A DNA stretch of 64,000 bases from Camelus dromedarius (lineage: Eukaryota), in assembly GCF_036321535.1 (NCBI RefSeq), contig NC_087437.1, positions 82,090,001 through 82,154,000 on the forward strand. Direction: 5' to 3'. Below, one piece after another: positions 50,331-64,000 of this stretch. Position 1 is the stretch's first letter; each line of letters begins with the position of its first letter. The translations under genes and the position numbers were made by a program. The notes under the pieces were generated by a model. The model saw only the letters and a program-made list of their open reading frames with translations. It was not told where the DNA came from and made no database searches.

Positions 50331-51509
50331 ATGTACTCCTATTAAAGCCACATTTTGGACTTCCCAAACTTCTCTGACTTAAAAAAAATGCAGATAGACT
50401 CTGCTAGGCAACAACCAGGTAATTTAAGAAACCAGTGTTGTAGCATTGACTGACAACGGTATCATTGGGCTATGCCTTCAGGATGAGGTATTTGTCTTTT
50501 AACAGAGTTCCACCACCTCAAGGAGAATTTGTGGTGAGGAGGTCCAGGAGCTTGAGGGTCACTAGGAGGATCTTTGCAGGAAAGTGGCCTCTTTATGCCT
50601 CTTGGATCACACCAGATGGGCACCTCTTCCCCGGAAACGGGGACAAGCTAAGATCCCTTGAGCACCAGCCAAATGCCACACTTTGGGTCCATTAGCATCT
50701 TCACTGTTAGCATGCTGGGATTCATGAACAGAAGCCATTCATGAATCCATTTATTTTTTATTTTTTAAACTTTATCCTTTTCTACTTTATTACTTCAAAT
50801 TAACAACCACAATAAAGCTCAAAAAAGTCTAATATTACACAGATAAAAAGTACAAAATTCCCCCCAAAGTTCTTCAGTATTTTTTTTTTTTTTTTAGTTT
50901 TTAAATTACAGAATAGAAAGCTTTGCTCCCTAATTAAAAAAAGAGAAAAAAGTAAATAAATTAGGAAATAAACACATGGAAAAAACAAACAAAAATAAAG
51001 TAAAAACAGGTGTTAACTAGGAGGAATAATAAATCCAGTGCCCAGCCCTGACACCAGGCTCCTCCTCATAAGAGGCCCTGGCTTACTCTCAGATGTGCAG
51101 GATTAACGTAAATCACAAATCCAGCTTGATGAGCTAGGAAGGTTATAGCTCAAACATGCCTGTTTTGTAGAATGCATGCTAGGCTGGAGGAGTATTAATT
51201 TTGAATGAGTTTACTTTGCCTGGTATCTATTCATTCAGAATTTATTAAGGATACCTTTTTTGAACTCATGTGGGTAATGATGGTCATTAAGGACCCCTGA
51301 GCTACTGAATGTTCCCAAATGACTTCCGAATCATTACATTTAACTTAGTAATGCTGAAACTACACTTCTAGTTAGAATTAGTGTTACGTTATAATTATTT
51401 TAAAATTGATAATCATTGTATGTATATGTGATAAAAAATTGTCCATTTGAATCCGTTAAACCTTATGAGAGTGTGATTATATAAATATTATCATTGAAAA
51501 AAATGTAGA

Positions 51510-52072
51510 TCAGAGCATAGCACTCTTCTGTTGAAAAGCTGCCAATGTCTTCCTATTGTTCTTTGCATAAAATCCAAACTCCCTACACTGCTTTCAGATC
51601 TTGATCTCACCTGGCCGCTGCCCATCCCTCATTCCACCTCTACTTGTTGATTAAGGGCCACCCATACTGACCTTCTCTGTTCACTGAATTCACTCATTTG
51701 CTGCTGCCAGGGCCTTTGCACAAGCTGCTGTTTCTGCCTGAACGTTCTTCCCCAGCTCTGCACATGGCTAACTCCTTTCCATGTCATTCAAGTCTTGGCT
51801 AAATGCCATTCTCTCAGGAAAGCTTTCCCTGACCACTCTGGCCAAGGCAATGTTCAAATCTGGTCTTCCTCTGTCACGTTGCCTCCTTCACAATATTTCT
51901 CAGTAGATGAAATTATCTTGCTTATTTCTTTTATTCATTGTCTATATCTTCTGCTATGTCTGTAAACTCTGTCAGAGAAGGAACCTGGACTGTCTCATTC
52001 AATGTATTGTTTCCTTAGTGGCTGACACATGGTTTATGCTCAATAAAAATTTGGAGAATGACTAACTGAATG
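51510..52072 (+). mobile_element. L2 LINE 3' end
   Basis: cagggcctttgcacaagctg ... tttatgctcaataaaaatttggagaatgactaactgaatg. Confidence 0.75.
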
Positions 52073-53279
52073 GGTGAAACCATGGATGGTGGCCATTGTT
52101 CTTGGGTATGGTTCTGGGTCTTATGAGCATGCATGCCTGCATGTGTTCACCTCTAGGGGAGGAGCACTTTGCTGTTTTCTTTTTTGTTGTCACCTCTGCA
52201 ATCAGGTAGTACATGGTGGTACATTGGCTACTTTAATTCCTGCATTCCCTAGGGCTTAGCACAACATTTGGCACATAGTAGTTCGTGAATTCGTGTTGTT
52301 GAGTGAATGGCTGAGTTTGTATGCAATGTTGATGGATACCTTTAAATAACAGGCTATGCCATGTTGGCATATAATCCAACATAATGCCAGCCTCATGGAC
52401 ATGGGTGTCCTGTGAAGCTGCAGTCTCACAGCTTTCCAAAGTCCCTGCTGACTCATTCTCCTCTTCCAGGGAGCCTGTGAGTGGAGGGCAGGCTGCTAAG
52501 GAGGCAGGTAGCAGGATGTCTGCCCTTGCCGGGAAGCCTTGTCAGTCCAGATGCCCTGACAAAGTGATGGCAGGGGTTCTCTGTTCTGGGAAGTGCTGCG
52601 AGAAGAGGCTAAGGACTGACATTTACTGATGCCCACCATGCGCAAGGCAGCATGTCAGGTGCTAGACAGACATCATCTGACCTAACTGTGACAACAGTAC
52701 TGTGAAGACGTACTGCCTTTTATTTTTTAAAGTAGATGAGGAGCCAGATTCAGAATATTGAGTTACTTGCCTAGCTTTACGTAAGTGATGTTGGCAGAAC
52801 TAGGATTGCAACGTCTTTCTTACTCCAAATGCTTTGCTCTTTGTACCACGGGCATCACAAAAACAATCAAATAACAGCAAAATCCCCTCTTGTATGATTC
52901 ATTGGGGTTAATAAAGTCCTCTTCTGAAACGCAAATACTCTCGGATAGAGTTATCCTATTAAGTCACTCACACATTGTGTTAATAATTTTGGTAAGATGG
53001 ATTTTTGCCTATACTCTAATAGAAGGCACTATCCTATGAGAAAGTACAGGTTGGAATGGAGGGCTGGGCAGATGGACAGTTTCTGAGAGTGTGACCCCTC
53101 AGGGAGGGGATGACGTGGGTCAGGGGAAGGCTCTTGGCAATGAGATGGGAGAGGGTGGTGGTCTGAGGACTGTACCAAGCCAGGTCTCCCTAACATTTCA
53201 AATCAGGTATTCTGAAGGCAGGTTACAGGGAAGGCTGATTGGTAGGTGGCCTGCAAGATGGTAGGTGCGAGACACAGCA

Positions 53280-53525
53280 CAGCAGGGTGGTTACATGTCT
53301 AGGATCTAAACCAGACGCTTAGGTTTAAGTACTGCCTCTGCCACGCACTGTCTGTGTGACCTTGGGCAAGTTACTTACCTCTCTGCACCTCACACTCTTG
53401 ACCCATAAAAAATGATGGTAACTTGTATTATGTATTCACTTGGGTGTGGTGAAGAGTAGATAAAATTTTCCCACATACAGAGCTCTGAACAGTGCCTGGA
53501 GCTAGGGATTCATAAATGTCAGCCT
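53280..53525 (+). mobile_element. MIR SINE
   Basis: ctgtgtgaccttgggcaagttacttacctctctgcacctca. Confidence 0.8.
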
Positions 53526-56500
53526 TTGGTGTGCTGCTGCCCACACCCCTGAAGGTCTCACTGTGCAATCAGCCAAGGACAAGCTGTGAGATTCACGTGA
53601 CCATTTTAGAGTACGTGGAATCAGACCAGGTGGTTTGGTGATTAATTGTGGGGACAACTAGATAACAAGTCTCTTTTGGAGTTGCTTAGCTCCCTTGAGT
53701 TTGGGTTTGTGGGGTTCTCATATCCAGGAATGTAGAACTTTTTGGCTAAAAGGAACTTCTAGGTTGCCCTTGCAACTCTGTTACCAATTTACCTCAATGT
53801 CACCAATTACTTTTTCAGTTTGAGCAAAGTAAAATTTTCAACTATTTGAAAGACTTAATCAGAGTTAATCTCCTTTGAGATGACATTAGTTATGTGCCAA
53901 TTTCAGACAAATTTTACTTACGTGCAGATGAGTTTCCATTGTATTTTACAATTGATGACAATCTCCTTCTATCACAGTCAAAAGGAGACTGGGGCAACAT
54001 TCCTTTCATAGATCCTGGAATTTGAAATTCTTCTTCTAGTGTTGGGTTCTCATGCTAACTGATTCTGAGATGTATGTCTTCTTATGATCATTAATGTTAT
54101 CTTTACTTCTCACTCCTTGATTTTGGGACATCTGCTTTGTCTTCTGTACTATTGCAGACTTGCAGGCTTTGTCTGCACATTGTGATTCAGAGACCCAGTG
54201 GCAGGATGCATTATATCTTGATCTACTTTTTGATAATCAACTGAAACGGTGATGATGGGCTGTAATACATTGGGTTGGAACAAACGTTCATCCTAATGAG
54301 ATGTGACTTTATGAAAGAAACGCTCCTAACCCTCTCAAGGCCTGAGCCAGGTCATCATGGGTAAATGGGAGGTATTTGAGGTTTCTTTTCTTCTTTTTCT
54401 CTCTCTCTTTTTTCCCCCCAAAAACATGTTGGGTCCACCAGCTGTTACCAAGAGCATTATTAAAAATCATATCAGTGCAGAGTTATTGCTGTTCCTGAAG
54501 AAAAGATAAATGTATTTATTTTTAAATCTGGACATATGAAGGTTTAAAAAATATTGTTGTAGAGTTCTCCTGGCTACTTTTCCTTAGCTCTTTTCCAAGT
54601 TTTGGGCTGGAGAAACTTTAAAATGTCTTCGTGCCAAAGTGAAATATTAAATGAAAACCTTGTGTCTGAGGAGCACCAGGATTAATAAACTGTGGCAAAA
54701 TAGGTAAGATCTCAAATCACCAGAGGAAGAAATTTCTAAAGGGAGTGGGGTTGTGATGTAAATGGTGTCAGTTCTGAGTTGTGGGATAAAACCCAGAGGG
54801 AAAAGATGGACCATGGCTTATTTTAGGCTTGTAGGAGGCACCATCTCTTTGAAGTTGTCAGGGAGCTACACTGACTGCTGAGCTAGTACACACACAAAAA
54901 TGGGAGGAGTTAGAAAAGTTAATGCTTTGCACAAATGGGCAATGTGATAGCATAAGAGAGTCTCCCTCCCCACGAGGACATCATCTTTAACTATCAGTAA
55001 CACTGGCTTCTGAAAGTCAAGTCCAGTTATTATGGTGAATATTAATTTTAGTACACCATACTCACAATTTATTACCTTCTCTCTCAAGGAAAGCACTGGG
55101 GGAAAATAAAGTGTTGTTGATGGATTGTACAATGAACCAGAAATGTAAGTTTTAGTTTCCATTTCCTGGTTAATTCTAGTGATAATTTGCTTCTCAGTCT
55201 TGAATGCATGGATTGGTTGAGCTGTTAGAGTTTCAGTTCTTCCTTTCCATATGTGCTGCAGTGACTGGGGGCCATGAACTAGAGGGGTCTTCAAGGAAGA
55301 GAGAGCCTGCGGGCTGGGGAGTCCAGGCCACTTGGATTTGGATCCTGGCTCTGCCACTTACCAGCTGTGTAACCTTAGGAACCTCCATTTCTTAGCCTGG
55401 AAAATGGGAATAATGATTCTTACTGGAATCATATTTGATAATAAATGTTTGATAGTGACTTGGCAAATAGCAGAAATTCCAGAGAGGGTAGCTATTATGG
55501 TAAGCATTATACAGCTTTGCATTCTTGATATTACTTTCATTCCAGGATCCAAGAGGCTATTAATGTATCTTTTACCAACCAATTCTTGTACCTTAGGCAC
55601 ATCCATAAACAAAATCATCCTTAAAAGAAGTACTCTGCCCTGGGTTTGTTGAGCTAGCATCTGATATTTATACATGCTTGTATTGAATGATATTTGGAAC
55701 ACTTTCCTGTAATAAAAATGTAATTTTGATGTTTATTCTCTTAGAAGGGAAATCTGTTGTGTTGGATTGAGGATGTTGTGTTTATTGAAGAGACATAAAG
55801 TCAGATGTCAATCAATTAAAGAAAAACTGTAACTGGCCAATGAGACCATATGGAGAAATATACAAAAGAAATAGGAGGAAACTATGAAATGTTAACATTC
55901 TTAGACTGGAAGCCAAGAACATGGATATGACCAAAAGGAGTTAAAGGACCAACTGAACATTACTCTGGGCATTTCACCAGGAGGAACCCCTGCCTTATGC
56001 TAATGATATTATGATAAGAAAAACCACATGCCAGTGAAGTAGCAGTAACTAGAAGTAGCACCATGAGTGCTCCAAGCTCCACCGGGAAGGATGGCCTAGT
56101 GAGGAGGCTGGGAAGGGTTTATACAACAAAGGTTAAGACCATGAAGGAAGAAATCACAGCTCCAAAAAGGATTTACACTGGTGTGTATGCTCTGGAATAT
56201 CTTGAGTATCACAGTCTGGCTGCAATTTCCTCTGGCTTCATTGCCATGGAAATGAACAACCACACGCTTGCGAATGCCCACTGCACTACCTGTTCCACTA
56301 GACAATCTTTGCTAAATGGGTGGGACCTTGGAAACTGCAGTTCCTTCCCTCAGTGTTTGTGGGTGTCAGTTTGAGCTATTGTAGCTGACTGCAGCTAAGA
56401 TTGATGCCCCTGCTCCTTACATTATTAGAAGAGTGAAGCCTTCTCAGAGGAGAGAGGAAGATAGTGAGTTAGCTGATTCCGTGATAGCCAAGACCATGTT

Positions 56501-57619
56501 GCTGTGAACCATATTTTCACATTACATTATGTTGCCTATGCTTGGTGGCAAATGTGGCACATATTATAGTCTGTTATTCCTGGTTGTACTTTGTTAACTA
56601 TTATTAACAATAACTGTTCTCTTAATAACCATAAAGAAAACATATGGGTAACTACTTTATTAATTCCTTCAAAATGCAACTATTTCATGTGCTGAAAGAA
56701 ACCATATTTGTGCTTAAATTATGGGATGCTTTGGCATGACAGCTAACATTTGTGGAGAACGTACTATTTGCCAGGCAGTACTGAAAACATTTTATATTGA
56801 TTAATTCACTTAACTACCTTGTGTTGATTAACTTATTTAATTAGCAGAAAATTCCCCCTGAGATGGAAGGTGTTACCATAATCATTCCCATTTACCTATG
56901 AGGAAACTGGGGCACAAAGAATTTAAATGCAATGGAAAGAGTCCCACAGTCAGTAAGTAGCTGGATCAGGATCTGAACTTGGGGAGGCTGCCTCAAGGGT
57001 CTAGGCACTGAACTACTACATACATCACCTCTCTGAATAGGAATGTTGAATACAGAATAGACTCACACATACATAGAGCTTTCATATCAATGCCCACCCA
57101 CAATAAATGAATTTGGGATTTTTAGGCAAATGTTATTCTACTTCTTATATTCATTGAGCTGTCAGATTAAAACTCAGGGTTGTTGAAGAATATAGCAAAA
57201 CTTAATTTAAAAATTTCTGAACACCTTATATGTAAGGAACTCTAATAAGAACTGAAAATAAAAGAAAAATAAGACATAGTCCCTAATCTTTTGTGAACCT
57301 TAAAGATAAGAGAATAAGTAATTTTCAATACACAAAATTCCTCTTTAAAAAGTCTCATTAGATGTAGAGAGAATTTGGGGCTCTTATGGTTTCTTTGGTC
57401 TCAGGTGAGTGATGGCCAGGGGAGGCTGTTTCCACCAGAAACGGAAAGTCCCAGGTCAGCCAAAGAGACAACCACTTTTTCAGCTCGAACCTCTAACTAC
57501 TAGGGGCAAATGTATGGTTACTTGGTGAAGCAGGGCAGCGTGGCAGGCGAGCAATGGCTGAGCTGGCTGGTCTCTGGGTGCTAGACCATCCCAAGGAGCA
57601 GTAAAATGTTTTGCCAGTG

Positions 57620-57865
57620 CACAGACTCCACTGACACACTGACTGTGCTCAAATCCCAACTCTGAATCTTATTACCTACATGACTTGGGCAAAGCTTGTT
57701 TTTTTCCCAAAATCTTTTTATGCCTCACTTTCTTCCTCTATAAAATAAGAATAATAATAAAAGCTACCTCATAGGGCTTTTGTGCAGATTAAATAAGTAA
57801 ATATAGATGAAGTGCTTAGAATAATGTCTAGCACAGAGTAAGTAAGAGGCAAGCATTAGCTGTTT
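57620..57865 (+). mobile_element. MIR SINE
   Basis: gcctcactttcttcctctataaaataagaataataataaaagctacctcatagggc ... gtgcttagaataatgtctagcacagagtaag. Confidence 0.75.
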
Positions 57866-60042
57866 TCACTGGTGTTATCATTACTGACAGAGGCAGGAGT
57901 GGGCATTATTCATGCAGGAGAAGCACAATCTACCTCACTTGAAACAAATGTAAACCTGAGGAGCCCACCCTCCTCCCCCTTCCTCCTCCCAGAGTACATT
58001 TCTCTGTCTCATGCTTGTTTCATCTTCTAAGGAAGTTTATGACAATGAAATATGTGCTTATACTCTCTTCTCTTAATTAAAGTTATTTCCATCTTAGATA
58101 ATAATCCATTGTTAATGATGTCTCCTCTCAAATATTTAATAGACTCTGTTTCTTCATTGGCTTTGGACCATGGAAACTGGAGTGGGAAATCAGATGACTG
58201 TACTTGCAATTCAAAGAGCCAATTGCATAATCCTCAGTGATCCTGAGAGGCAGATGCCTTGCCTTATGTGAAACTATGACACTGGAACCTCTAGTTCCAA
58301 ATATTCTGCTGAGATGACTTTCACTGCTACTTGGAAGCTATGAATAAAAAGTATCCAATATGAGGTTAATTCTCACTTAGCCATTACAGTTAAGGGGACA
58401 ATAAGGCCAAGTACTACCTAGATCAGGCCAAGAAGGGCCTCTGCTCTGACCTTCCTGAAGCTGTGCCTCCTCCAACTGCCATGGGGGTGAGGAGCCAAAG
58501 GATGGTATTGTCAGAGCCCACACTCTTCTAGACCATGGTCTGGGTACATGGGACCCTAGAATTCTCTACCCAGATGATCATGAGCTGTTTCTAGTGGCTA
58601 CACAGGCTTTTTCTCAGGGTTCTGCCTCTTGAGATAGACTGTCCCCCTGGGGTGTGAATCTCTGGGTCCAACGTGGGGCCAGGGAGCAGCTGTTTGTTAG
58701 GGGTTGTGGGTGGAGTTGTCTGTGCAGATGGGGTGTTCACATGCACGACCATGAAACCTCTTGTGGTCCATGGCCGAGCTGGAGGTGGGAACAAATGAGC
58801 CAAGGGTAGGCTGATCTCCCTGTGCCTCTGCCTTCTTGTGCAGCACTTCAAGGAGTCTGAGAAGTCCAGATCTGAATGTGGCCTTTCAGGTTGTTTCTCC
58901 AATGTTAGCGATGCACTCAATTCACATAGATACACGTAAAAAATTCCCTGCTAAAATGTCCATGATTTTCTTTGTCAACACAGAAGTGCCTGAGAGACAG
59001 AGTAGACAGTTCAAAAGCAAGAGCCAAAGGAACTAACAAAATACCAGTGATGACTACTCATTACAATTTTTATTCTTTTTTTTAATCTTACAAATGATAT
59101 TTCTGGAAAGGGAAATCTGATCATTATTAATAAATCAAAACCAATGATGGGACAGTTTCATTGGAAGAAAAAGTAGAAGAAAGCAGAGGGAGAAATCCCC
59201 AGATGTTGGTTGTACCAAACATGGTATTTATCTGCTCTCTGTCAGCCAAAGCTTGATGTCTGAAAATCATTGCTGGAATATCTGGAATTCTTAATAAAAA
59301 TTCCAGGAAAATTCAGGGATTCTGCTCAGCATATGTGAAGTGAAGAGGAAAGAAATATTTCATCTTCCATGAAAGTCACAAGTATGAAGAACAAGGCGTT
59401 AGCAAGCTAGTGGCTAGGATTGTAGCGTGAGTCTGTTTTCTAATTTTCATGTTCCTTATGCTTTCTCTAAATGTCTGAAGCCAAAGCTTACTGAAGAGAG
59501 GAGAGTCCTCCTTCCTTGTCCCCTCTGAGTTCCTGGGGGGAAGCTGCCTGTGCCTACTTAGCGTGCCGGTGTTTCTGGCGTGCACACAGCTGCCAACTAC
59601 TCCTGACCTGGTAGATCTGTCTTCAGTGCAGGCTGCTGATTTATTCCTGTTCCACATGTGAGGAGGTGAGGACTAGCAAAAGTTAGGGTAGAAGATGCTT
59701 AGTCTTAAAAATCAGATTCTTTCCATCTGGATTTCAGTCCTGAGGACCGACTGGGGACTCCTTTGATAAGTCAACCCCAGCCTCTTCATTTACAATCATT
59801 GTGGCTTCTGGCAAATCACTGAATATCAATGAGCCTCAATTTCTTGGGTGTATTATGAGAATAATAATAAACTACTTCAGAGGGTTGTTGTGAAAATTGC
59901 CAGCACAGTGCCTGGCTTACAATAGATACTTCCTAAAATGTTTTTGAGCTTCTTCCAAATGATGTAGTATTTTAAAATTGGTCTACATTTCTTCTATCAG
60001 ACATATACTGTATCTTTTTGTATTTAAAATAAAATTGTTAGG

Positions 60043-60120
60043 TAAATAAATTTAAAATTATTATTTAAATAAATTGAATTTATTATTTAAATAAATTAAA
60101 ATTATTATTTAAATAAATTT
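60043..60120. repeat. AT-rich 22-23 bp tandem repeat, ~3.5 copies
   Basis: taaataaatttaaaattattatt / taaataaattgaatttattatt / taaataaattaaaattattatt / taaataaattt. Confidence 0.9.
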
Positions 60121-63100
60121 CTACCTGTACCCCTCCTTGAGTTTGTTTGATCACTGTGTCTATATACATGTCGGAGGTATAGTTCCTGAGATTAAGTCTA
60201 GGAAGAAGGCCAAAATGAAACTAGAGGATGTTGTTTGATTATTTTCTGCCTGTCTTCCAAGGAACTCCTGATTTAAAAATGCATCTGGCTCCCATTTCCT
60301 GCAGAATTTTGCTTATTTGAAATGTTCAAGAAATCAATTGATCTGACTTCAAACAGACTAGGTTTTGCTGGCCGTGTCAAAGCCCAAACCCCTGTTTGTG
60401 TCATTCCCAAGTCTGGATTTCACAAGCAGCCAGTTCCTTTCATACCTTAGTAAAGGACTTCTTTTTGGCCGCTTACTCTCTGTGCTGAGCCAAGTGTCAG
60501 GCTGGGAACTGAGGCAATAAATCTCTGTGATTCTTCATATTTGGAATTTCTCCTGTTGCTTCTGATAAGGAAATGACAGAGTCTCTCAGCTCTGTGCATG
60601 AACCTCAGAGAAATTTATAATCCAAATCATGTTTTGTTCATAAAATGGAAACAAAACGTGCTAAACCTGGCTTTGAGTTAACCCAGATGGTTTTGAAGAC
60701 CTGGGTAGTGAACATAGAAATTGTTTTTCTTCTTGACCAATTTGAAAAATTTGAAAAATTTTTGCATTTGAAAAATTTAAAAATGAAAACAAATTCCTCT
60801 CTATTTTTAAAAAATATTCTGATTAAATCTTTCTCAATGGGGGTGGTGAGGGGGCAACAAAATTCTTCCTAGATGGAGGTCTTTGCAAATGGCCTTCCTA
60901 TAGTAAGAATAAAGCTCACTATTGGTTGTATGTTCTCCTCCCCTCCTTCCCACATCTACTTTGATACTTCCAAGTTTTGTACTAAGCCTCAATGACTGGC
61001 GGAAATGAATGTGGTTGGGGATCAGCAATTTCTCAAAAATGGAAAGATTTTCTCATTATCTATCCACATTCTTTGAGATGGCTAATGAAGCCAACCCGTG
61101 TGGCTAACTCCCTGCATGATCATAGTGAAAAGATATCCTCAAAATAAAACAAGGAAAGCTTTTTAAAATTTTTTTTTAAGTTTCTAGTTGATTTTGAGTA
61201 CGTTCTATCCAAAACATTACTGACGATGTTCACTGTCTGGCATTTTAGTGGACACGGTAAAAATTACTTGGAATAAAAGACTTCATTCAGTGGCCATCCC
61301 TCGGCACCAGCTCTTGTTTGCCTGAGACCCACAACCATAAATGAAGAGGAGGAGGTCAATTTGACTGTGCACAGTTGGTATCCTGCAGGGGACTGGCTAG
61401 CATGACGTCAACAAGCGAGTGGCCCTTTTCAAAGAACCCATGTTTTGAGCCATACTGTATGAGAAACACATTTAAAATGAGTTTCTTTCTCTCTCCTGAG
61501 TCTATCGTTAGTTCCAGATTTTGATTTTGTTGGCATGGAGTAAAATGGTCAATATTTCTAACACATTTGCCGTTTGGAGTGAATTGGTCTGTCCATTTCC
61601 TTTCTTTCTTTCTTTTTTTTTTTTCTTTTTTTTTTCCTTTCTTTTTCTTCTTTTTACTGTTGAAGTAATTGGCTTGAGTTTCATTAATTTAACTAGCTCT
61701 TTTGGTGTCATGTAGATACAGCTTTTTGAACTAGTAAAGCAGTCATTGTGTGGCTAATAAAAACATTGGTTAATCTAAAAATCACATACATTTAATCCTG
61801 GAATGTGTTTTTTACTTATGTTTGAATGTGGGTGTGTCTGATGTCCTAAGAATCCCTTTCAAACAAAATATTGACACTGTAGAGTGAAAAATCAACTCAG
61901 ACATTCCATTTTAACCCTAACTTAGTGTTCGCTTTTTCTCATGTCCAATCTATGACTTGGGACAAGGTAGACCAGGAAATCATTTTGAGGGTTAGAAGTC
62001 TTTCTTTCACTTTTCACACTTATAATAAATTTTGGAAGCTCTGAGAAAACTAAGAAATCATATAGCAAACATAACTCCTTGACTTTGCATTTACTATGCA
62101 TTTTTAACATACATTCATTTAATAAATATTTCCTTGGTGTCTCCTGTGAGTTGGCATTAAAGATACAGTGACAAATAAGATCTGCAAGATTTCTATTCTC
62201 ATGGAGCTTATATTTTAGTAAAGGGAGTCAGAGTCAGACAAAAAACCCAAATCAGATAATTTTAGATAGAGGCAATTGCTATAAAGAAAAGGAAAATGAT
62301 CTTGTGATGGGATGGGAGTAAGATTGATGCTACTTCAGATAAGAAGTATGGGAGGTTTCTTCCTAAGGAGGTGGCCATTGAATGTAACAAAGGAACCAAC
62401 ATGGTGACACTTTAGACAGTGTGTGTGCAGAAGCACCCAGCAAGTATCAAGGGTAGTAACAGTCCTTTATTGTGAGGATTAAATGAGTTAATATGTGCAC
62501 AGTGCTTAGAACAGTGCCTGGAATCCATAAATGTTAACTGATTTTCATTCATTATATATTTGTGGAGTATCTACCAGGTCCCAGTCTCCGTGCTAGGTGC
62601 AGAGATTTAGAGATGGAGAGAGTCCTGACTTTAGGGCACTCACTGCAGGCTCCAGGGCACTGATTCTCCATGGGTGGTGTACAGACCATCTGCATCTTAC
62701 TCATTGGCTTTCCTTGTTCTCAATCTCCTCCCCGACGGAGTCTGACCAGATAGACTTGGGAAGGAGACCAGAAATCTGCATTTTCTATAAGCTTGTTCCA
62801 GTTGATTGTCAGACCTAGTGAAGTTTGAGAATCATGATCCTACTGGAGAGATTGTGACAAACCCGTGGTTCTCTTCAATACGTTACATGTTTTAGCATCA
62901 AATATAATCAATTGCCCCAATGTAAGGAGTACTTCCTAGTGCTCAAGAGTAGCACTGCCCAGTTTATGGAGCCATAAATATCATGGAATTATGTTTCACA
63001 ATTAACATCCTGTAATCCTTAGGCCTAATTTTTTTGTTGATCATGCACTGGCTGGGGATGTGTGTTTTGGATTAACCTGCTTTTGGCTATGGTTTGTAAG

Positions 63101-64000
63101 GTTTGCCTGACACTCTTAAGTGTCATATAAAACCTGCCAAAGAGAAAAAAAGCCTTTTACCTTTTAGGAAGAATGTGCCAACCAATGTTTGCCAAAAGCT
63201 CTTGTATCCTGGAAGAAATTCTACTTGTAAGTAGATTAGCCTAACTGAAATTCCTCCCTTGGGCTCCTCCCCATACCTATTTTTAAAGTGTAATGTCACC
63301 AAAAAGGGAGAGGGGAAAGATTTATTTTCTGTCTCCTTGGCTTTCTACTAGAATGCATCCTATTCATTTTCTCACTTTAGAATGAATTATGAGCATTTCT
63401 AGAAGGTCTTAGATTCAAGGATCTCAAAGAACGTTGGAAATGAGAACAGATTCACGCTGATCCACTTGAGGCTGAGTAATAACAGCCTCCAAAATCCAGA
63501 CTGGATTCCAGGCAAGCCTTTGCTGTAGAAGTGGAGGCTTCTGTTTTCTCATTAAATACTTTCCTAAAAGGAGATTTCCTTTTTTGTGTCTTATTTTTCT
63601 CTCTTTACTAGTTCCAATCCATAGCTACTCAATAGCTATGGCCAGATAGAAGAGTGGCAATGGAAAAAAGACTGCCCTTGAGAGTGAGGTCGAATTGGTA
63701 AGGGTGCATGAATTGATGTAAATTTAAGGCAAATGGGAATCATAGGCTCGGATCTTAGAATCTTAGAATTGAGTGGATGGGCAAAAGAAATCGACTTTTG
63801 CGGTTGCCAGCCTGTCAATTATTCAATTTTTTTGTTTAACTGTCCAGATTGGTGATGTCCCCTCAACAAAGACTATGAAGATTGGATGAAATATGTGGAA
63901 ACTACGTAAAAACTGATGAAACTCAAGGTAAAGATCTGTTACTGTTCAGTCAATGTCAACCAATATCAACCAGCTATGTAGGGCAGTGAGAACCCAACTG

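Noticed and set aside
54866..55702. 106-163 aa ORFs in the COL8A1 intron
   Set aside because: They overlap a MIR fragment, resemble no domain I recognise, and their lengths are compatible with chance.
30497..64000. Upstream non-coding exons or promoter of COL8A1
   Set aside because: No CpG island or confidently identifiable exon; they probably lie beyond position 64000 and cannot be called from sequence alone.

Overview
Mammalian genomic DNA, probably a camelid or other cetartiodactyl (inferred from recalled SINE and L1 3'-end types, not from a search). The minus strand carries both coding exons and the 3' UTR of COL8A1 (collagen VIII alpha-1): 30493..30166 spliced to 26780..24874 gives 2235 nt, or 744 aa. 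About 17.5 kb beyond the inferred COL8A1 3' end, on the same strand, lie the CpG-island promoter and first coding exon of CMSS1 (4507..4444). Positions ~30.5-64 kb appear to be COL8A1 upstream intron, filled with old MIR, L2, L1, MLT1 and CR1 fragments. The COL8A1-CMSS1 spacer holds a decayed ERV-L (class III) provirus with recognisable protease, RT and RNase H remnants. I found no convincing new biological system. The best second-look items are regulatory: a NAGNAG acceptor on the collagen exon, tandem poly(A) signals that include or exclude a miR-29 8mer site, a 10-bp minisatellite in the 3' UTR, a CRE bracketed by a perfect 12-bp GC-box repeat, and a CTCF-like site. Repeat family names come from recalled consensus sequences and repeat boundaries are approximate.
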